Source: Rickettsiales bacterium (GTDB lineage Bacteria > Pseudomonadota > Alphaproteobacteria > Rickettsiales > JABSSG01). From it: DNA of 64,000 nt. The stretch covers positions 33,232 through 97,231 of the forward strand of contig JABSSG010000014.1 of the NCBI GenBank assembly GCA_013214525.1, written 5' to 3'. Positions 56,634 through 64,000 of this stretch are shown here, piece by piece (the first letter of the stretch is position 1; every line of letters begins with the position of its first letter). Position numbers and translations under genes: made by a program. Under the pieces are notes generated by a model. The model did not search any database. It saw only the letters and a list, made by a program, of their open reading frames with translations, and was not told where the DNA came from.

Positions 56634-57429
56634 GTTTTGATTGATATATATGTTCTAATTCGGAAGGAAATTTTTTAGAAATTACTTCTGCACTAAATTT
56701 ATTTAATGCTTCAGTTACTAATGTATGTCCAGTTAAGAAATGTTTTAAAAATTTAGGTTTAAATTCAATTTGCATTCCTAGCAAATCTTGCAACACTAAG
56801 ACTTGACCGTTTGTATAAGGTCCTGCACCTATTCCAATAGTTGGAATAGATAATTCACTTGTTATTTGTTTTGCTAATTCGGAAGGTACACATTCAATGA
56901 CAATAGCAAAACAACCGGCTTGTTCTAATAACTTAGCCTGATGTATTAGAGTTAGCCAAGATTCTTTATCTTTCCCTTGTACCTTAAACCCTCCTAGTTT
57001 ATGTACGTGTTGTGGAGTTAATCCTATATGGCCTATTACAGGAACGCCAGATGTTACAATATGATTTATTATTTCTAAATTCCCTTCAGATCCTTCTAAT
57101 TTTATTGCTTGTGCTCCTGATTGTATTAATTTTTGTACATTATTAATAGTGTCCTCTGCAGATTTTCTGTAGCTCATAAATGGCAAGTCTGCAACTAAAA
57201 GCTTTGTGTGTAATCCTCTGGACACAGCTTGAGTATGTTGTGCCATCATTTCCATAGTTGCATATGTGGTGTTAGGGTATCCATGCATTACCATTGCAAC
57301 ACTGTCTCCGACTAATATACAATCTATTTTACTTTGCTCAATTATTTTTGCACTTGTATAATCATAACAAGTTACCATTGTAATTTTTTGATTGTTTTTT
57401 TTACGTTGCAAGAATAAATTTATGTCCAT
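56617..57429 (-). CDS. panB: 3-methyl-2-oxobutanoate hydroxymethyltransferase
   Basis: 270 aa. ITMVTCYDYTSAKI, LVGDSVAMVMHG, KLEGS, GHIGLTPQ. Confidence 0.9.
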   Translation of the reverse strand: MDINLFLQRKKNNQKITMVTCYDYTSAKIIEQSKIDCILVGDSVAMVMHGYPNTTYATMEMMAQHTQAVSRGLHTKLLVADLPFMSYRKSAEDTINNVQKLIQSGAQAIKLEGSEGNLEIINHIVTSGVPVIGHIGLTPQHVHKLGGFKVQGKDKESWLTLIHQAKLLEQAGCFAIVIECVPSELAKQITSELSIPTIGIGAGPYTNGQVLVLQDLLGMQIEFKPKFLKHFLTGHTLVTEALNKFSAEVISKKFPSELEHIYQSKHENYT

Positions 57430-57431
57430 AA

Positions 57432-58154
57432 CTATATACCTTTATAAAAAGTCTCTATAAATACTTTAAAAATATTGTAAAAATTTTCCCCTTGTAAGGC
57501 TTGAAGATCATCATCTAGGGTTTTTTTATCATTTCTTACTAGAGGACCAGTTAATGCGTTGAGATGGTCTTGTTCAAGATTAGCGAAAGTTTGTTTTAAG
57601 AATGGCAATATAGATTGCTTTTTTATTTGAAATTTATTTTCAGCTTCTAAAAAAAATTTTTGCCACAATAACGTAGTGAAATTATTAGCAGCAACACATA
57701 GGGCATGATAATAATGCTTTTCTAACCGCTTAATCCTATAATGTGGATTACTTACTCTAGGTAACAGCTCAGAAAATGTTGGCCCCTCAAGCTCAATAAT
57801 AAAAGGAATTTTTAAGTAATTTTCAAAATCGTATAATGATGAAGAAAACGTTTGTAATGGATGAGCAGTAAAAGCATATTTAGACAGTAAATTCCCAGAG
57901 CAATGGAGTAACACCCTATTCTTTTGAATACTATGTGGAACATATCTCTCAATAAAAGAATCGATTTGAGAATCTGTGATTAAAAGGATAATATGAGAGG
58001 ATCTATTGAGTAATGACTTTAATAATTGTAGATTATTCTTATCTTTATTACGATACCAATTGCTGTAAGATAAGTTAAGATAATCAAAGTAATAACAAAG
58101 ATGCTTTGCAACTCTGCCATTACCTATTATCAGGTAATGTGGTACCTGTCTCAT
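57432..58154 (-). CDS. panG: Rossmann/DUF2520-type putative ketopantoate reductase (PanG-like)
   Basis: 240 aa. N-terminal IIGNGRVAKHL dinucleotide fold; C-terminal ALTGPLVRNDKKTLDDDLQAL resembles the DUF2520 TGPxxRGD block. First gene of the pan cluster, ending 2 nt before panB. Confidence 0.5.
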   Translation of the reverse strand: MRQVPHYLIIGNGRVAKHLCYYFDYLNLSYSNWYRNKDKNNLQLLKSLLNRSSHIILLITDSQIDSFIERYVPHSIQKNRVLLHCSGNLLSKYAFTAHPLQTFSSSLYDFENYLKIPFIIELEGPTFSELLPRVSNPHYRIKRLEKHYYHALCVAANNFTTLLWQKFFLEAENKFQIKKQSILPFLKQTFANLEQDHLNALTGPLVRNDKKTLDDDLQALQGENFYNIFKVFIETFYKGI

Positions 58155-58257
58155 AGATCAAGTCCTAAAGTTAATTTTTATGTATTTAGTCATCTCCTTA
58201 AGGTAGATGCATCACCATATAAATAACAATGTTTATTTTATAGGTCAAGTCCTAAAA

Positions 58258-58281
58258 TTTTCCTAATTCATTATTAGGGTT
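58258..58281. repeat. Solo family-2 TIR-like copy
   Basis: ttttcctaattcattattagggtt versus ttcttaatccattattggggtt. Confidence 0.4.
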
Positions 58282-58382
58282 ATAAATGTAAATAATTTTT
58301 TGAATCACATTAAAAATCTGTTTCCTTTTGAAATAAACTGGTACAATTTTAATAAATGAAATGATTTAAAGATTAATATTCT

Positions 58383-59075
58383 ATGGATGAGAGGGCTAAG
58401 GAAATAGCAAAAGCTGTAGACACTGGGGAGTATTTTTCTGAGGCAATGAATTGGTATAACAGAGTATTTGTTTACCCACTTAGAGATTCTGTGATAATGC
58501 GTTTAATAGGGTATGTTGCTATTGGCATTTTAGCATTCATGCTGATAAATATTTACAGAATGTTTCCATTAACGGAGAAAGTGGAGGTGCTTGCACATCT
58601 TAGCGATACAATAAATTTTTTCCCACGAATAATTAGAGCAGATGATTCAAAAACAACTAGACAATTTGTAACCGAGGAGCTTGCGGCAAGATATGTGAAT
58701 GGTAGAGAAAGCTATGATTCTAGGAGATTTAAAAATGACTATGTATTTATTCTAAAAAGTTCCTCTAAGAAAGTATTTGATAAATACTATAAGTATATAA
58801 GCTCAAAAGATCTAGGTAGTCCATTGAGTCTTAGTATTGATAATAAGATCACAAAAGTAAAGATTTTAAGTAAAGAATCTGTTTCTGATGCTAATAAAGT
58901 AACAGTAACTTTTGAGAAAACTATATTTGATATCTTTGGAGCATTTCAATCTAGCTCTAAATGGAAAGCTGATATAGAATTTTATTTATCAAATTATGAT
59001 TTTAGCGAATCAACTAATGCTAAGTTAGATTTTATTGTTACTAAATATACAGTTAGTGAAATGAAGAAATCATGA
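58383..59075 (+). CDS. virB8: Type IV secretion protein VirB8
   Basis: 230 aa. A cytoplasmic N-terminus with EAMNWYN, a single TM (LIGYVAIGILAFMLINIY), and a periplasmic NTF2-like-sized domain. Overlaps the virB9 start (ATGA). Confidence 0.75.
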   Translation: MDERAKEIAKAVDTGEYFSEAMNWYNRVFVYPLRDSVIMRLIGYVAIGILAFMLINIYRMFPLTEKVEVLAHLSDTINFFPRIIRADDSKTTRQFVTEELAARYVNGRESYDSRRFKNDYVFILKSSSKKVFDKYYKYISSKDLGSPLSLSIDNKITKVKILSKESVSDANKVTVTFEKTIFDIFGAFQSSSKWKADIEFYLSNYDFSESTNAKLDFIVTKYTVSEMKKS

Positions 59076-59839
59076 AAAAAATTTTAAATATTGCTCAGTC
59101 ACTTTTTTTAAAAAGTTTTATTTTGTGTTTAGCAATTATTTGGATAACTTTACCTAGTTTTGCAGTTAAAGAACCAAGAGCTACTGCGGTTGATAGCCGT
59201 CTTAGAGTTATGACATATAACCCAAATGATATATTCAAATATACAGGGTATTTTGGCTATCAAAGTAATATAGAATTTGATACTGATGAAACGATAGAAA
59301 CTATCTCAATGGGTGATACGACCGCTTGGCAAATAGTGCCATCTGGGAATAGAATGTTTTTGAAACCTATTGAAGAAGATGCAACTACTAATATGACTGT
59401 TATAACAAATAGGCGGTTATATTTTTTTGAATTACATGCTCAAGATGCAAGTGGTCCTGATGATCCAGGGTTAGTTTTTGCTGTGAAGTTTTTATATCCA
59501 GATAGTGATACAAATTCTGTTTATTCTTATCATTCATCTTATGTAGTTCCTGATCTTTCTAAACCAAATAAATATAATTTTAATTATACTGTAAGTGGTT
59601 CAGATGCCATTGCACCTATAAGAATATTTGATGATGGTCTTTTTACTTATTTTGAATTTAGCGATAAAAACATGCCAGTGCCTGCGATTTTTGAGGTTGA
59701 TAGAGATAGAAATGAATCTGTTATTAACTACCAAGTAGTGGGGCCATACATCGCTGTAGAAATGGTTGCATCTCAATTTACTTTGCGATATGGTAGTGAT
59801 ATCACTTGTGTGTTTAATGAAAATAGACCATTTAAATAG
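59072..59839 (+). CDS. virB9: Type IV secretion protein VirB9
   Basis: 255 aa. Signal peptide (CLAIIWITLPSFA), and YNPNDIFKYTGYFGYQSNIEF..ETIETISMGDTTAWQIVPSGNRMFLKP..TNMTVITNRRLYFFEL, typical of VirB9/TrbG/CagX. Confidence 0.85.
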   Translation: MKKILNIAQSLFLKSFILCLAIIWITLPSFAVKEPRATAVDSRLRVMTYNPNDIFKYTGYFGYQSNIEFDTDETIETISMGDTTAWQIVPSGNRMFLKPIEEDATTNMTVITNRRLYFFELHAQDASGPDDPGLVFAVKFLYPDSDTNSVYSYHSSYVVPDLSKPNKYNFNYTVSGSDAIAPIRIFDDGLFTYFEFSDKNMPVPAIFEVDRDRNESVINYQVVGPYIAVEMVASQFTLRYGSDITCVFNENRPFK

Positions 59840-59920
59840 TGGTTATCTTTCCTTTAGTACACATTTAAAATTGATGTAGGTTACATCAATAATCTTAAAA
59901 GTTGATTATAAAAAATAGAT

Positions 59921-60610
59921 ATGACTCAAAAAACTAATTTATTTAGGTTGCATAAAGATGGCTATCTTTTTATAGGGATATTTGTAGCTATAACTGCATT
60001 GGCAGGTATGTTCCAAACTACATTAGGGTGGATATGTGGTATACTTACATTATGGTGTGTTGCTTTCTTTCGAGATCCAGATAGAGTTACTCCAGAGAAT
60101 GAAAATTATATAATTAGCCCAGCTGATGGCGTTGTACAAAAAATAGAGAAAGTGGAAGTTCCTCCAGAGCTTGCCATGAAGGAACAAGGTGAAAGAGTAC
60201 GTATTAGTATTTTCCTTGGACTTTTGGATGTGCATGTAAATCGTGTACCTGTTTCTGGTACAATTACAAAAATAAAATATGTTAATGGTAGATTTTTCTA
60301 TGCTGCTCTTGATAAAGCAAGTGAACATAATGAAAGAAATTATGTAGTGGTAAGTATGAAAAATGGCAAAAATGTTATTTTTACTCAGATAGCTGGAGTT
60401 GTTGCAAGAAGAATTTTATGTGAGGTTAAAAAAGGAAAAGAGGTGTCTGCTGGTGAGAGATATGGCTTAATTAGATTTGGAAGTCGTATGGATATTTATT
60501 TACCTAAAGGAGAAGTTCCTAAAGTAGTTGAAGAACAAAGAGTAATAGCGGGTGAAACAATATTATCCGTTATGGGAGATAAAAATACTATTAGCGGAGT
60601 AATAAGATAA
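59921..60610 (+). CDS. psd: Phosphatidylserine decarboxylase proenzyme (short type)
   Basis: 229 aa. FFRDPDR, LDVHVNRVP, and self-cleavage region IRFGSRMDIYLP. Confidence 0.85.
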   Translation: MTQKTNLFRLHKDGYLFIGIFVAITALAGMFQTTLGWICGILTLWCVAFFRDPDRVTPENENYIISPADGVVQKIEKVEVPPELAMKEQGERVRISIFLGLLDVHVNRVPVSGTITKIKYVNGRFFYAALDKASEHNERNYVVVSMKNGKNVIFTQIAGVVARRILCEVKKGKEVSAGERYGLIRFGSRMDIYLPKGEVPKVVEEQRVIAGETILSVMGDKNTISGVIR

Positions 60611-60614
60611 AAAA

Positions 60615-61403
60615 TTGGTTACTTATAATAATACGAAGCTCAAGAAAAAAAATATTAGAAATTCATTTCCTTTTTATAAGCTTGTTCCTAACATAATTAC
60701 TATAGTTGCATTATGTTTTGGATTAACCGCGATTAAATATGCATTAAATAGCAATTGGGAAAAGAGTTTATTATTCTTAGTTATATCTGCTTTTCTTGAT
60801 GCTATGGATGGTAGAATTGCTCGATATTTAAATGCCACTACTCCTTTTGGAGCGAATTTAGATTCTTTAGCTGATTTTGTAGATTTTGGCATTGCACCAG
60901 TATTGATAATGTATATGTGGACACTTGCTGATTTACAAGTGAAGGCTCTAGGATGGGGAGGAGTTTTGATTTTTGCAATATGTGGTGCCATTAGATTAGC
61001 TCGTTTCAATGTAAGCACAAATACTTCAAGATCTTCTGTAGAGAAGCAATTTTTTACAGGTGTACCAATAACCGTTGGAGCAATACTTGCTATATTACCA
61101 ATGATGATTTCTTTTGAATTCCCTAATATTGATTTTGTTAAGTTGCCAGCATTTAATATAATTTACTTGTTAGCAATAGCTTTTGTCATGGCAAGTAAGA
61201 CACCAACTTTTTCAATAAAGAATATTCATGTTTCAAAAGAAAATATAAAGCTGCTATTAGTGCTAATTGGCACGTTAATTGTATTGTTAATTGTAAAGCC
61301 TTGGATCACCCTAATAATTCTTTGTGTGTGTTATATAACTTCTATTCCTATAAGTATTATTGTTTTTTACAGAAAACTCAAAGAAGAGTCACAATGTACT
61401 TAA
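60615..61403 (+). CDS. pssA: CDP-diacylglycerol-serine O-phosphatidyltransferase
   Basis: 262 aa (TTG start in the track). CDP-alcohol motif DAMDGRIARYLNATTPFGANLDSLADFVD. Confidence 0.85.
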   Translation: MVTYNNTKLKKKNIRNSFPFYKLVPNIITIVALCFGLTAIKYALNSNWEKSLLFLVISAFLDAMDGRIARYLNATTPFGANLDSLADFVDFGIAPVLIMYMWTLADLQVKALGWGGVLIFAICGAIRLARFNVSTNTSRSSVEKQFFTGVPITVGAILAILPMMISFEFPNIDFVKLPAFNIIYLLAIAFVMASKTPTFSIKNIHVSKENIKLLLVLIGTLIVLLIVKPWITLIILCVCYITSIPISIIVFYRKLKEESQCT

Positions 61404-61456
61404 CAATTTCCTAATTATTTAAAATCCCAAAAATGGTTTAGAGATTCTAAGTGTAA

Positions 61457-62128
61457 TTAATGTATTTGACAGCTATTATCGAATTGCAATACACCATCTA
61501 AAAATATGTTTAGTAATTTACTAGCTTTACGTGCTGCGGCTATGCTTTCTTCTTTTTTATCTTCAGGAAGTTTATCTATTAATTGTTCACATTCTTTAGA
61601 GTGCCATTGATCTGCAGAAAGATGTACTGAAAAAAATGATAAGGCGTCTTCAGAGTTTATATTATAGTGTTTTTTTAGAGTCTCAATTTTCTTTTCAGCA
61701 ACTTCAGGCACTTGAGTTTCGTAAGCATACATTGCTGCTACAGCAGAATGATAAGAGCTAGTGGATAGTTTCCAGAATTCTTCTAATAATTCTTGTGTAT
61801 GAGTGTTAGGTTTGTGACTATTAAATTCTTTTGGGTCTATACCTAGCTCTTGTGCGAAATTTACCCATAAATCTAGATGAGTTTTAGGAGTTGATAATTC
61901 ATCTTTTAAATTTTCAAATAAAATATTTCTATCTTTTAAGTTGTTGCATTGACTATAAGCTAAAGCAACGCATCTGGGAAAGAGTTCTTCAAAATGGTAA
62001 TATTCTTTGGCATAATACTTGAGTACCTCTGGAGATAATTCACCACGATTCCATTTTTGATAAAGTTCATGTTCTAACATTGGCGTTTCATATATCGCTT
62101 CTTTAATTCTTTCGAGATGAGTTGTCAT
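61457..62128 (-). CDS. CADD/CT610-family di-iron protein (PqqC/heme-oxygenase-like fold)
   Basis: 223 aa. MLEHELYQKWNRGELSPEVLKYYAKEYYHFEELFP, THLDLWVNFAQELGI and YAYETQVP parallel Chlamydia CT610 as I recall it. Ligand spacing is kept: E-x6-H (DELSTPKTH) and H-x3-D-x2-H (HLSADQWH). Confidence 0.7.
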   Translation of the reverse strand: MTTHLERIKEAIYETPMLEHELYQKWNRGELSPEVLKYYAKEYYHFEELFPRCVALAYSQCNNLKDRNILFENLKDELSTPKTHLDLWVNFAQELGIDPKEFNSHKPNTHTQELLEEFWKLSTSSYHSAVAAMYAYETQVPEVAEKKIETLKKHYNINSEDALSFFSVHLSADQWHSKECEQLIDKLPEDKKEESIAAARKASKLLNIFLDGVLQFDNSCQIH

Positions 62129-62161
62129 AATTTATTACATATTTATTTTAATCGTGTTTCG

Positions 62162-62186
62162 AAAACCAATTGGTACGAGGAGTATA
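62162..62186. repeat. Solo family-1 TIR
   Basis: The reverse complement of aaaaccaattggtacgaggagtata contains tatactcctcgtacc, identical to the copy A left TIR core. Confidence 0.45.
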
Positions 62187-62223
62187 ACATAGCTAGTTAT
62201 GGATAACAAATATCTTTATATAT

Positions 62224-64000
62224 TTAGCTATAGAGAACCACTTCTGACTGCAAGTAAGGGGATAGATATTTTCCAGTAATGCTTTTTTTGTTTTTGGCTA
62301 TTACTTGGGGAGGTCCAAAAGCTACTACTTCTCCGCCACGATCCCCACCTTCTGGACCAATATCTATTATATAATCTGCAGTTTTTATGACATGTAGATT
62401 ATGTTCAATTACCATAACTGTATTTTTCAGATCAACAAGGCGGTGTAATACTTTCAGTAATTTTTTTATATCATCAATATGCAAGCCAGTTGTTGGTTCG
62501 TCTAAAATATATAAAGTCTTGCCAGTAGATTTTTTTGATAGCTCTTTTGCTAATTTTACTCGTTGTGCCTCTCCACCAGATAAGGAAGGAGCAGATTGAC
62601 CAATCTTCATATAACCTAATCCCACTTCTACTAATGCATTTAGTTTGTCTTTTATAGCAGGAATTTTTTCAAAAAATTTTAAGGCATCCTCTGCTGTCAT
62701 GTTCAATACATCAGCAATTGATTTATCTTTATATTTTATCTCTAAAGTCTCTTTATTATATCTTTTCCCCTTGCATTCTTCGCAGTTTACATAGACATCT
62801 GGTAAGAAATGCATTTCTATTTTTATAACCCCATCTCCTTGGCAAGTTTCACATCTTCCTCCTTTCACATTGAATGAGAAGCGAGAAATATTATATCCTC
62901 GTAATTTTGATTCAGGAAGGTTTGCAAACCATTCTCTGATTGGTGAAAATGCTCCAATATAGGTTGCAGGATTTGATCTTGGTGTGCGTCCTATTGGTGA
63001 TTGATTGATGTTAATTATTTTGTCAATGTACTCTATACCTGAGATACTGTCGTGTTTTCCAGGAGTAACTGAAGATTGTTTATTTAGTTTTTTCTCTATT
63101 GCTTTATAGAGTGTATCTAAAATTAAGCTAGATTTTCCACTGCCAGATACTCCTGTTACAGCTACAAAAGTTTCAAGAGGAACTTCAATGGAAACATCTT
63201 TCAAATTATTTGTTGTAGCTTTGTTTAATTTTATTTTTTTCTTATAGTTGCCTTTTCTCCATATCTTAGGGATAGCAATTGTTTTATGTCCGCTTAAATA
63301 TTGCCCAGTCAAACTTCCTTTAGATGATAGGATTTCTTTTACTGATCCTTGAGCGGTAATTTCTCCGCCGTGTATGCCAGCACCTGGTCCAATATCAACA
63401 ACATGATCTGCTGATAAAATTGTTTCTTCATCATGTTCTACTACTATTACTGTGTTTCCTAAGTTAACCAGATTTCTTAATGTTGCAATAAGTCTCATAT
63501 TGTCTCGTTGGTGGAGACCGATAGATGGTTCATCTAATGCATATAAAACACCACTTAACCCTGATCCTATTTGTGATGCAAGTCTAATTCTTTGCCCTTC
63601 ACCGCCAGAAATGGAGTCTGTTTTTCTGGAGAGTGTTAAATATTCTAGACCAACATTTAATAAAAATTTTAGCCTATTAGTAATTTCTTGTATTACTTTT
63701 TCACCTATTTTGTTGTGTTTTTCACTCAAATTGTTTGGTAGTGTTTCAAACCAGTCTAGGGCTTGTTTTATTGTTAGGTTAGAAACTTCTCCAATGTTCT
63801 TATCTAAAATTTTAACACATAATGATTCCTGTTTTAATCTATAGCCATGACATGCTTTACATGGTCTGGAGCTTTGAAATTTGGCTATTGCTTCTTGTAT
63901 TCTATTGTCCATAGCATTTTCCATCTTGTTTTCTAAATCGTAAATAATTCCCTTGAAATCTTTATGGGTTGTTTTAGTTACGATACCATCATGGTAAGTG
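62224..64000 (-). CDS. uvrA: Excinuclease ABC subunit A, C-terminal about 590 codons (N-terminus beyond window end)
   Basis: The track ORF starts at M 63924, but the frame stays open to 64000 ([25 protein letters not shown]). Zinc finger CKACHGYRL and [51 protein letters not shown]. Confidence 0.95.
   Translation of the reverse strand, partial: TYHDGIVTKTTHKDFKGIIYDLENKMENAMDNRIQEAIAKFQSSRPCKACHGYRLKQESLCVKILDKNIGEVSNLTIKQALDWFETLPNNLSEKHNKIGEKVIQEITNRLKFLLNVGLEYLTLSRKTDSISGGEGQRIRLASQIGSGLSGVLYALDEPSIGLHQRDNMRLIATLRNLVNLGNTVIVVEHDEETILSADHVVDIGPGAGIHGGEITAQGSVKEILSSKGSLTGQYLSGHKTIAIPKIWRKGNYKKKIKLNKATTNNLKDVSIEVPLETFVAVTGVSGSGKSSLILDTLYKAIEKKLNKQSSVTPGKHDSISGIEYIDKIININQSPIGRTPRSNPATYIGAFSPIREWFANLPESKLRGYNISRFSFNVKGGRCETCQGDGVIKIEMHFLPDVYVNCEECKGKRYNKETLEIKYKDKSIADVLNMTAEDALKFFEKIPAIKDKLNALVEVGLGYMKIGQSAPSLSGGEAQRVKLAKELSKKSTGKTLYILDEPTTGLHIDDIKKLLKVLHRLVDLKNTVMVIEHNLHVIKTADYIIDIGPEGGDRGGEVVAFGPPQVIAKNKKSITGKYLSPYLQSEVVLYS

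Noticed and set aside
53709-58154. Calling the pan operon or the arginine kinase a compositionally distinct genomic island
   Set aside because: I cannot compute GC or codon statistics here, and by eye these regions are as AT-rich as their surroundings. The HGT claim is left as a hypothesis to be tested by phylogeny.

Overview
Visibly AT-rich (composition not computed), gene-dense 64-kb chromosomal window. It looks like an alphaproteobacterial obligate intracellular symbiont of the Rickettsiales/Holosporales type. That placement is an inference from NtrY/NtrX, a PopZ-like DUF2497 protein, the AmgK/MurU pair, the parvulin-secA neighbourhood, scattered VirB-type T4SS genes, an ankyrin protein and a CADD homologue. 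I count about 55 protein genes and 2 tRNAs (Cys-GCA, Ala-UGC). I saw no rRNA, CRISPR array, transposase or prophage genes. Core blocks: amgK-murU; fis-like/ntrY/ntrX/HAD/prmC; fusA; trmD; popZ-like/tolC; xerD; tkt-gap-pgk; pdxY; deaminase-guaB-guaA; nrdA-nrdB; tolB; comF; tsaD; parvulin/secA; panG-panB-panC-panD-coaX plus a Leu/Val dehydrogenase; psd-pssA; uvrA (partial). Unusual content: (1) two families of short palindromic MITE/RPE-like elements scattered through intergenic regions, some fused to gene ends; (2) a eukaryote-type arginine kinase with an N-terminal export signal and Asp at the reactive-Cys position; (3) ntrY broken by one in-frame TGA at the conserved HAMP glycine; (4) two paralogous SLC5-transporter/6-TM/histidine-kinase hybrids sharing a perfectly identical 5' leader block; (5) T4SS pieces (virB6-like, virB8-virB9) 54 kb apart, with a seven-blade FG-GAP protein, an ankyrin protein and orphan proteins as candidate surface or effector proteins; (6) a pantothenate/CoA operon coupled to an amino-acid dehydrogenase that could supply its keto-acid precursor. 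All calls come from reading the ORF translations and the DNA by eye. No database search was run.
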